Source: Vairimorpha necatrix | Lineage: Eukaryota | NCBI GenBank assembly: GCA_036630325.1 | Contig: CP142726.1 | Coordinates: forward strand, 248,001-312,000 | Direction of reading: 5' to 3' | DNA length: 64,000 nucleotides | Shown: piece by piece, positions 50,591 to 60,983 of the stretch | How positions within the stretch are numbered: position 1 is the first letter of the stretch | Layout: each line of letters begins with the position of its first letter | Notes under the pieces: generated by a model | What the model was told of the DNA's origin: nothing | The model's database searches: none | Seen by the model: only the letters and a program-made list of their open reading frames with translations | Program-made: the position numbers and the translations under genes

Positions 50591-51837
50591 TGTCGTAGCC
50601 GATCAAATACTGACCAATCATATTCTTACAAATGGACAGATTTGATTGGCTACAAAAAGAATTTAAAAACATTTCCGAAAGAGGGGATGGAAAATTCCAA
50701 TAAAACGTTTGACATGGCGACAACGACAAACAATGTTGGATGCTTTACAGGAGAAGCAGGCGAGGATGTAAATGCCTAGCTGAGAGACATAATGTTGGTA
50801 GGGGAAGTTTTTAAATGGACCATTGATCAATTCAAAATAGCATTGGTGAGCAAGCTTAGGTCGAAAGCATTATCATGGGCTTCTCAGACATTAGGCGGGA
50901 AAATGGAGACAGTCAGCTTAGAGAAGATACTTCACTTAATAAATAAAAGATTTTGATCATATAAAAACAACGATATAACACTAAGCAGGTTCCTCACAAT
51001 AACGGTCCCAGAGACGAGAGAAGATTACTCGCAGATGCTACAGGAAGCTACTGTAATATATGAGAGATCTCTTATTAATTTGGACGCTTTGTGCCAAATG
51101 GTCATTAATAAATCACCAATGGAGATTAAAGCGCTGCTAAACAGAACACAAATACAGTCTAGACGTGGCAAAGATTTATACAAAAGCCTGAGGAGATATC
51201 TTGGATTTCATATCCCGATAAAATGTTATCTAGGACTAAGCTACACGACAACGCGGGCAGAGGGTCCACACCAATTTTTACAAAGAAAAAGGATTTAAAA
51301 GAAGCACAATCCACGAAAAACCACCGCGACATAATAATAAACGGTATACACTCCACAGGGAATGTAATCATTCCCCAAAAAACTGCAACGCGTTAACCAT
51401 AATTCTCAATAGAGAAAGAAAAAATATAAATGCTGTGGAACAATACGAAAGTGACGAGAAAGATCATGACAATAAAGAAATTGAATTTTATTTACATCAT
51501 ATACAAAATAGTTTTAACCCGTTTTTTTTGGAAAGCCGTCTCTTTAAAAAAAATACGAAAGTACTTCTAGACACTGGGGCCGATGTCCCGGTTATATTAT
51601 CGTCAAAATTTTAAGTGGAGACGCATTTCTGGTAAAAAGGAAAAATTCAGCAGGCGAATTGGGAGTTAAAATAAGTCATATTAAGAATGACACGTCGAAG
51701 ACTGATTTAGGGGGTGTCGTAGCCGATCAAATACTGACCAATCATATTCTTACAAATAGACAGATTTGATTGGCTACAAAAAGTATTCAAAAACATTTCC
51801 GAAAGGGGGATGGGAAATTCTTATAAAACTTTTGACA
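50591..51837 (+). mobile_element. Non-autonomous LTR element retaining only degenerate gag and protease (1247 bp)
   Basis: ~123-bp TG...CA LTRs (50591-50714, 51715-51837); TSD CGCAT/CGCCT; PBS-like TGGCGACAAC; PPT AGGGGG; LLDTGAD at ~51565. No RT, RNase H or integrase. Confidence 0.9.
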
Positions 51838-52321
51838 CGCCTTATATTATATACTATTATTTAGAAAAGCAAGAAAATTTGAAGCAGAGGTCTGGCCATG
51901 CCTTTCGTGTCAAAATCCGACCATTTAATGGTCTTTTGATTTACACGATGAATACGCACTATTAGCGTGTTGGGACAAGTCCTTAACATAAAAATTAAAT
52001 TATAATTTTTTAGAAAATAATGTTGTTAGTTGCTACAAGAATAAAATTGTAATTTTAACATTTTAAAGCAATTTGTTTTGTTCTTTCGTTGAAGAATTAT
52101 AATTTTATTCTAAAAGGGGTCAAATCTTTGCATGTCAAATTTCTCAACGCCTGTCAACTATTTTGACGAAGAATATTTAATAAATAAAATATTTGAAATG
52201 TTAAAAAAAAAGAAGCTTAAGTTTGCTCATTTATCATAATTTTAAAGTTTAAAGAAACTATACAATTAATTCATAACTTTTTTTTTTTATATAAAAGAAA
52301 AAAATCTTTAGCAGCCCCAAA

Positions 52322-54172
52322 ATGGAAAAAGAAACTAAAACACTGGAATTTGAAAATTTATATCTTGATGTACCAAATTTCGATCCCAATGGACATATCT
52401 CTTACACTAGAGTTTTTAAATCTTTATCTGGGAAAATTGAATCTGGGAAACTTACAGCTGTACTTGGTTCTTGTGGTTGTGGTAAAACTCATTTTCTTAG
52501 AATGCTTGTTGGTGATATCAATGAAGAATCAAAAACATTTGGTAAGATAATATACAATGGCGAAGAAAGAGACCCAGAAGAATGGAAATCAAAGATTTCA
52601 TATGTTCCACAGGATGATATATTTTATCCTCACTTGACGATTTATGATCATATGAAATATTATATGTCACTTGGGGAAGCAAGATATCGTAAATTTGACG
52701 AACGTAAAGCCGACAAGATACTTGAAGGATGCGCCATATTGCATTTAAAACATAGTCTCGTTGGTGCACTTTCGGGAGGTGAACGCAAGCGAGCTTTAAT
52801 CTCTTTTTCTATGATTAATGATCCAGAAATTTTAATTTTAGACGAACCTACAACTGGGATAGATTCAAATGCAGCAGTAGAAATCATCCACACACTTAAA
52901 AAGTATGCGCAGGACTATAATTGTATGGTTATATCTGCAATACACCAACCTAGTGCCGGTCTTTTCAGCCACTTTGATGATTTAATTGTATTAGTGAAAT
53001 TAGGAGTATTTTATATTGGACCATATAAACAATTAGAATCTTTTTTTGTCGAAAATGGGATCTCTATGGAATCTGACTTATCTTTGCCAGAATTACTGTT
53101 TGTCATTTTACTTGAATATTCCGAATTTCCCGAAGCTACTAAATATAAATCGAATGTCAAGAAAATAATAGAAAAAAATGAGCAATCATGTAGAAGTGAA
53201 AATACCGCAGAAATATGCAATAATTACAAGCCCATTGATTTTAAACACAAATTTGCTGATAGCTGGAAGGTAATGAAACATTCCTTTAATACTACTTATA
53301 ACAAAAACAAATCATATTTTGTTCTTGTCTTAATGTCGTTTTGGACAATCTTATTAATTTTAGCGGAGCCAATTATGCATTTCTGCATAGTCCCTCGATA
53401 TAATCATTTGGAAATTCATGAAGAATTGAAAAAATGTTCTTTTGATCAAATATTCAGTTTAAGTTTTGGTATAGTCAATCATTTATATAGTTTATCTGAT
53501 TATGTCTGGTCACTTTATTCATACACAGGTGTATGGAAGTACAACCATTATTTTGCTCCCGAATATTTGAACGGTAAATACACATATGGTACGTATTTTA
53601 TGGCAATGTTCTACTATTGTCTAATCAGAAATTTTATGTTCTTTTTTTCTAAGTTCTGTTTTTATCTTTTATTTTATAAGACTTTTTTGTTCAATCCACT
53701 AATATTTTTAATTTTTGCTATTCCTACTATTATTAATATTTTTTTATACACTTGTATGTCTATTGCAGTTGAATATGATGCGATCTATATCTGGGTGCCT
53801 ATGCAATTAGCACAAGTTGGACATAAAATGTATGACCACAACTATAATAATAATGTTGCGTATATCCATTCAATCATCCCAAACTTCAATTTTATACTTT
53901 TTTTAAGGATGAGATGTTTTGGATTATTGGAAAAATTTAAAAATATGTTAGCAATTTCTGAATTTCTGAGTAAAACAATTAATAATGAAATTATCAACTA
54001 CTCATATGAAGAAGGTGCAGCAAATACTATTTTATACAATACTTTTGGTAAATGGGCAGATTTTATTACAGTTTTCACTATGTTTGGCTCTTCTTTGTTG
54101 ATGATTGGCGCTGTAACAGTACTTTATGAAATTAACAGAATTCCTAATATGAGATTTAAATTATCAAAATAA
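52322..54172 (+). CDS. ABCG (White-family) half ABC transporter, 616 aa
   Basis: Walker A GSCGCGKT, Q-loop YVPQDD, signature LSGGERKR, Walker B ILILDEPTTG, H-loop IHQP, then hydrophobic TM segments (NBD-TMD order). CCCC before the ATG. Confidence 0.95.
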   Translation: MEKETKTLEFENLYLDVPNFDPNGHISYTRVFKSLSGKIESGKLTAVLGSCGCGKTHFLRMLVGDINEESKTFGKIIYNGEERDPEEWKSKISYVPQDDIFYPHLTIYDHMKYYMSLGEARYRKFDERKADKILEGCAILHLKHSLVGALSGGERKRALISFSMINDPEILILDEPTTGIDSNAAVEIIHTLKKYAQDYNCMVISAIHQPSAGLFSHFDDLIVLVKLGVFYIGPYKQLESFFVENGISMESDLSLPELLFVILLEYSEFPEATKYKSNVKKIIEKNEQSCRSENTAEICNNYKPIDFKHKFADSWKVMKHSFNTTYNKNKSYFVLVLMSFWTILLILAEPIMHFCIVPRYNHLEIHEELKKCSFDQIFSLSFGIVNHLYSLSDYVWSLYSYTGVWKYNHYFAPEYLNGKYTYGTYFMAMFYYCLIRNFMFFFSKFCFYLLFYKTFLFNPLIFLIFAIPTIINIFLYTCMSIAVEYDAIYIWVPMQLAQVGHKMYDHNYNNNVAYIHSIIPNFNFILFLRMRCFGLLEKFKNMLAISEFLSKTINNEIINYSYEEGAANTILYNTFGKWADFITVFTMFGSSLLMIGAVTVLYEINRIPNMRFKLSK

Positions 54173-56158
54173 ATAATTTACACTAACCTGTAAAGTTTCT
54201 TATTTTTTTGACCCCGTTTCGTAGTTTTGAGATTCCCGAACTAATTGATTTGGGTTGTTTTGTAAAACATTGAAATGATTTATGCGGGATTCTACCACAT
54301 AATTGTCACATTTTTTTATTTTTTATTTATTTCGATATTTAGCAAACATGAATTTTTTTAGGAATGAAAAATATTCAAAGAAGGGCACGTTAAAATAAAT
54401 GAACAATAATAATTACTACTAAAATAAAAAAAAGCATGGGAATCACAAAGAAAATTTCTAACATCAAAAAATAAACCTACATTCTCTCCCTATTGGAGCA
54501 ATATTTTCGTTTTGGCTCCCTCCTAGAAGGTATCACAGAAGCGTAAACAAAGACAGGAAGAAGATATTAAAATAAAAGTTTCGAAGATTTTGGTATTTGT
54601 TATGATGGTAAAATTGAAAATAAGGGAAGGAAATTATTCAAATTAAGTCTACCAGTAGATTTAAAAAGATAAAACATAAGAAACAGTTTTTAGAGGGAAA
54701 AACAAAACAAGATAAAAGAAAAAAAAAATTAATTAATTAGAAGAATTGGAAGGAAAATTTACAGAAGTCTTAGTAAAAGACGAAAGGAAATAAAAGTTTT
54801 TACAAGGGGAAAATGTTCTATTGATACAAAACAAGGAGTAAATGTAGTTTTGGGGGACAAAAATATTTTCATGATCTAGTGTAAAGTTAGAAAAGTATAT
54901 TAATTTATTAGAAAGTAAAGGTATTATCAGAAGGACAAGAGTGAGTGGAGAAGCCTAATAGGGGCCATAGAACCCCCGAATAGAAAAGTGAGATCGGTAA
55001 GCAATAAATGGCTTTAAATAAACTGGTGAAATGGAAATGTACGAATTGCCACTAATTAGAGACATTATTAGAGCACCACAAGGTTCTAAAGTATATAGGA
55101 TTATAGACTTAAAGTAAGGATGCTTTTATATATAAATTGAAGAACATAACAAATATAAGGCAGAGTTTGAGATAAATGGTAGAGTATTCAATGGAATAGT
55201 ATGGAAATGGGATTTAGAAATATCCATATTATGCAAAGATTGATGGACGCAGTTTTAGATAAATTTAGAGGCATGGCTGTTGAGGTGTACATGGATGATA
55301 TTATTATTTAAGCAAGAGATAATGATATAAACGATAATATTTCACAACATGTAATTCGGAAATTCAAAGATCGTGAATTTAAAGTAAACATAAAGAAGAC
55401 ACAATACAAATTAGGAGAAGTGAAACTACTTGATATAACAATTTACTGAGAAGACATCAAACCAAACAAAAATCAAGCAAGAGACAAAAGAACACAAAAG
55501 GCCTAATAACATAAAAAAGCTTAGAATATTTTTAGGGTTATCGGGCTGGTTTAAAGATTTTATTCCTCATTGAAATTATCGGACAGCACGACTTACAGAA
55601 GCACTGAAAAAAAGATGGTAAAAAGGAAGGGCCCGAAGCTATGGAGAAAGCCTTTATGGACATTAAAGAGAATTCAAGGGGCATGAAAAACTATAAATTG
55701 TAGCCAGTTAGGTAATTTTTGGAGTGCAAACGGACGCATGCGATACGTTAATTGGAGCAAAACTAATGCAAGAAGACGAGAAACAAGGAAGGTGGATACC
55801 GATACAATATGCATCAAAAATGTTAATATCAACAGAAAAAAGATATATAATCAGTGAAAGAGATGATGGCAGTGTTATTTGGAATAAATAAATTCGAGGC
55901 GGATTTACGCGAAATTTCATTTAATGACAGATCATATTACTGACCGAGCTTAGAAACAACCCGTCTTTATAGTAATAACAGAATTAATAGATATATAGAA
56001 CATATACAAGTGTTCGACTTTACCATTGCATAAGTAAAAGGACAAATGATGATGGATGTAGATGCTCTTAGTTGAGAATTTGAAAATAACGAGTGAAAGA
56101 AAAAAGCGAAAGAAAACTACAGACGAAAAAAAACAGATGAAAGGAAAAGAAATAAAGC

Positions 56159-57790
56159 GGAACATTTCCGCTTTACACACCTTCCCTTACATATAAAAAT
56201 ACTAATTTTTAAAAAAAATCCCTGATTTTGGAATTCGAAGCGGACAGAACGAAAAGGAGAAAATCTAAAAAATAAATATAACAAAACAATATAATAACTG
56301 AAAATAAACAAATTATATTTTTATTTTTTTTTTGTTTTTTTATTTTATTATCTACTTGATTAAATCTGTACTTTTATGCATTTATCTGGATAATAATAAG
56401 AAATATTACAAAATATATATAATGAATATGAACATAACTTAATTATAATGTTATAAATTAAAAATAATAAAAACATATATTTATATTAATTATGTAATAA
56501 ATATCACATCATTTTATCTTTTATAGTTTACAATTTATGTGTAATATAATACATATGAATGTTTTAAAAAATACGAAATTTTAATTCTTCAGTCGTCTCT
56601 AAAAACCAATAAATTAACAAAACTACTAATATAATATACATAGTAAAAAATAATAACAATCAAACCTAAAATCTGTTTTAAACAACATATAACACATGAA
56701 AATATTATTTTAAGCATTAAAATCAAATTCCAATGACATAAGAATTAAATTTGTTTTTATGTATTTATACTTCTAAACAAACACAGATCAGAAAAAGCAA
56801 TTATTGAATTTGTTTTGTTTTATATTTTACATTTAATATGGTCAAATTAGAACTTATTAAAACTATTTTTTTGTACTTTATAAATTATTTATGTTCTCCT
56901 TTTTTTTTCTTGCAAGTAAGAGGTAGGGAACCCCCTTACATAGGGACCAGAGGGATTTGGGTGTGATCCTCATTTAACTAGTACTGTGAGATTCTTACTC
57001 ACTAAAACTTCCTCCATACAACTTGCCGGTGCAGCAAGCTCCGCCGTATCCATTGGACTTTGGCTCCAGGAGATACTTTCCATTTATACCTCAAATCGCG
57101 TCCAGAGTGACCTCACAGCGGATATACTTAACGGGCATGGTTATCTATAACCCGAGGAGAGAAATCATCGTACTGACTCAAAGGTCCCTACAATCATCTG
57201 TATTGCACACACGGCTCCTTACACGACCACATCCCCAGCCCGGCATTTTTATTGGACTGCGTTGACCACCAGTCTCCCACTAGTTACGGCCACCGTGTTA
57301 CAGAATCTTATAGGACAGGAACCAAGAGACCTTCTATTGCCCTACTCTGTCTAGTCTCTTAGTTAGCTCTAGGATCCAACTCTAGAGTGCACCAGCCATG
57401 GGCACCAACTAGGCCGTACCCATTAGATACTTTTATGTATCATTAAGTCACCAAAGGGTGATACTGCTTTTTGGCCTTGAGATGCGTTTATACACTACAG
57501 CTAATCCCCTTGTGGCTGGACACACACAAGTTTCAATGAATCAACTTAATGATTATCGTGGACATTTTTATCATCTGAGTTGTTCCAACTGCATCATAGA
57601 AAGTAGAAACAATTTTGTGCCCCTGGGAATCGAACCCAGCCATTGCTCAATGGAAGCATTGCATTCTACCACTGTGCTAAGGGCACCTTTTATTTTCTCC
57701 TCCTTTTTTTACATTCTGGTTTTACAAAAAAGAAATATATTTTCAAAAATTGGTATTTATATATGTAGGGGGATGTAAAGTGGAAAGTGC
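56159..57790. mobile_element. Non-autonomous TIR element with 9-bp TSD (MULE-type), carrying SINE-like copy B
   Basis: TSD AAATAAAGC (56150-56158, 57791-57799); imperfect TIRs (TTTCC(G/A)CTTTACA...TACATATA). Removing the insertion restores the host frame MKGKEIKHMMKREGK. Confidence 0.8.
56901..57687 (-). mobile_element. tRNA-headed SINE-like family 1, copy B (with TSD)
   Basis: tRNA-like head 57617-57687; A-run tail; 13-bp TSD TTTAT(G/T)TTCTCCT at 56888-56900 and 57689-57701; paralogous empty site at 48235-48247. Confidence 0.9.
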
Positions 57791-58135
57791 AAATAAAGCA
57801 CATGATGAAAAGAGAGGGGAAAACCTCTGGAAGTTCTCAACCGGAAAACTTAAAGAAATACTACACAAAGAACAAGAGAAACAGAAATTTGTAGGGTTAT
57901 GAGGGACTAAATCATCGAGGAGTTAAGGGAACACATTATAAGATTAAACAAAGATGGTTTGGCCAGATATAAAGGACCAGAAAACTACAACAATATAAAT
58001 CTGTAAAGTATGTAACATTAGAATCAGAAAACCGATCAGAGGATGCAATTTTGTAACAACACTTAAGAAATTAAGGAAAGTAGCTTTAGAAATAATGATA
58101 TTGGTAAAAAAGAAAGATACATGCTAATAGGAGTA

Positions 58136-59667
58136 CCCGGGGTTTTCGTCCCGGTTTTAGGGGTTAAAAAAATTAAAAAATTAAAAAATTAAAAAAACGA
58201 ACTTTTTTATTTTTTTATTTTTTACCCCTATGACCGGGACAAAAAGGATAATCAAAAGCAACAGAAATATGGATCAAATTATAGATGAAAATCTATATAT
58301 TTACGAGAAAAAAAGAATCAACAAAACTACTATAAAGTGGCGATGCATTGTACGAAGCTGTAATGCCAAAGCCACTAGTAGTATTGTTTACGTCAATAAT
58401 CTCGAATCCTTTACTATTTCTTCGGCTCATAATCATGAACCAAATCCTGAACTGGTCTGTAAGAAGAATAAAATAGATAAAATGAAACGGGAAATTATCT
58501 CTGCAAAGATTCTCCTAGAAACATTTTTTCTGCCTTAAGAGGAGCTGGGGAAGAAATAATCGCCGCAATGGGCCCTATTGAGCCCATTACAAGGATATTA
58601 AGGAATGTTCGGATGAATTCCTTTAATCCAAAACCATACGCCAACCAAAAATTGGGGTTATGTGCTGATTTATTAATCAGTCATATAGGCGAACAATGGT
58701 ATCGATATGGGCCTGAAAATTACGGGAGTGACGAACCCAATGACAGTATAATTATTTTTTATACAGATTCGGCCATGGGAAAATTGGCTCTATATGACAT
58801 GTGGGCGATGGATGGGACCTTTACGGTGGTTCCAATTCCCTATTACCAACTTTACGCAATTTGTTTTATCCGTGATGCGCATGTATTCCCGATAATATTT
58901 GCAATTTTAAAAGATAAAAGTTTTGAAACCTATTGTTTTTTGTTTCAAATGTTAAAGAAAAGGTTTCCGGAGCTCAACCCAAGGTTAAAAACTGATTTTG
59001 AATATGCTGCGATAAGAGCATTTTCTAGAGTTTTCCCGGATTGTCAAATTTCAGGTTGTCTTTTTCATTCAGCTCAGGCTATTGATAGGCGTGTTAAAAG
59101 TTCAGGACTTTCTTCTGTTTACACATGTTCACCTATGATGAAAAGGGTTGTTTTGTCTCTTACGGCACTTGCATATGTTGAATATGACGATATATTGTCT
59201 ACTTTTTTGGAACTAAAACAAGACAGAAATTTTCCGGAATGCTTGACTGAATTATATTGTTATTTTTTTACAAATTATATTGATTTAGGATGCCGTTTTC
59301 CGCCGAATTTGTGGCACACGCGAAATAATATGGATATAGATTTTCCAAGAACGAATAATGCTATTGAAGGGTGGCATAATACCTTTAAAAACACATTCTG
59401 TACTAGTCGATACAGTTTTTATCTATTAGTGAGCAAATTAAAGGATGAAGAAGATATAGTTGAATCAAGATAATACAACAAACAGTTTTAAATCATGTTT
59501 TTGAAAATAAACAAAAATACATTGATAAAGAGATTGGTTTGCTGTTTTTTTAAATAAAACTGTGGATGAAGGGTTTGGTACAGATTTTGTCTTTGAAATT
59601 TTTGAAATAATAAAGTTTTATTTTTATTTATTTTTTTTTTCGGAAGTTTCGTCCCGGTGGTAGGGTT
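58136..59667 (+). mobile_element. MULE/Mutator transposon with frameshifted transposase (58230-~59560)
   Basis: FLYWCH-like WRC...C...HNH; MULE motifs MDGTF, DFE.A, GCLFH, PRTNNAIEGWH; TTTCGTCCCGG motif near both ends. Interrupts a Gypsy integrase; exact ends uncertain. Confidence 0.88.
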
Positions 59668-60983
59668 GAGATTTTACGAGTAGAGTATGGGGCGCAAAGA
59701 CAGGAAAAGAGCTGTGATGCTGTTTTTATAAAATTATAAAAAAATGAACAAAGGAAGATGGATGCCCAGATGAATAAATTACGGGTAAAGGTAAAGAATA
59801 TGTTATTGATTAATTTGTAACTTAGTGTAAAGAAAACGGAAAGTAGGTCTAGAAGCTCATAGGAGCAATGGAAGTATTGAACGATGTATAGAACAATAAG
59901 GGAAACAATGATCAAACAAAAAGAAGGAACCACAGAGGAAAAACTAGAACAAGCCGTACAAACTTATAATAACACTCTACACACAGCGATAAAACGTACA
60001 CCAATGGAAGCACGGAAGGACCAAGGAGAAGAAGTCTTTATGAAACAGCGAAAAGGGCGCGTATGCAAGTAGGTTCAAAAAAAGGCATAGAGAAAAAATT
60101 GAAGTAGATCAAGTTGTAAGAATCGCAAAAAAGAAAATTTGGGTACGAAGATGAAAAGTATGAAAGAAAGATTTACAAGTGTTGGTAAAATAATGCAAAT
60201 GTGTGAGTAAAATCTATTATGGTGCTTCTCCGTTTTGCTGCCCCCAAAAAAATGGGGCAGCAAAAATAAAAAAATATATTTAATAAAATCAATTAGAACA
60301 TCCAATTTCCTCATTCTTCAATACATTATTTAAAATTTTTTTTCTAAAAGTAAATTCTTCGAGCCAAGATTCGATATTCACACGTTTTACTTCGCGCTGT
60401 TTAGTCATTTCAGATTTCATACCAGACCAAAAATTCTTTATATTATTAGTATGAAAACCTTCTTCATTAGTAAATCCTATTGAATGATTTACAATAATGT
60501 GTTTGAGTTTTAGATTCGCTGCTACACCGGGATAACTAGGATGGCCATCCGAAATAAGAACTAATTTCGGCAAGACTATATCTCCTATTATCTTTGTTAA
60601 AGTATTTATCTTTCGATCCGGAACTTGTACTATACAAAATTTTTTTCTATCTACAGCTTCTATTAACCCTTAAATCCGTACATTATCTTTAATTCCATCA
60701 TCTGTTCTAGATGGAAATATAATAGTTCCCCTTCTACACAGTACAGTTTCATTAACTTAACTTGAACTTCCGATCCACCGATTTTGCAATCGGTTTTCAA
60801 TTTCTTTCTAATATATTCCTTCAATATAAGCTTTATTTGTAAAATAGTGTCATTTGACATACACGTTAAACATTTAATTAATCTATAATTGCTGTTACAA
60901 AGGACCAAGAACACAACAAAATTATAAATTTCAAATGATAATTTAATGCCAGGTAAAAAGCTGTTTTTTTGCCCTGCATTCTT

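Larger units (their letters stand above)
54390..60220 (+). mobile_element. Degenerate Gypsy element related to 9588-12772, split by nested insertions
   Basis: RT remnants (IDLK, MGFRN, YMDDI), RNase H TDA and WIPIQYASK, integrase zinc finger at 57800-58135 and C-terminus at 59670-60220 (YRTIRE, YNN..H, VRIAKKENL), all collinear with the 9621-12696 polyprotein. Left boundary approximate. Confidence 0.8.

Noticed and set aside
57617-57687. Functional tRNA gene (also 37687-37757)
   Set aside because: The anticodon arm is irregular, no T-run terminator follows, and it is always fused to the same ~700-bp body, so it is treated as a SINE head.
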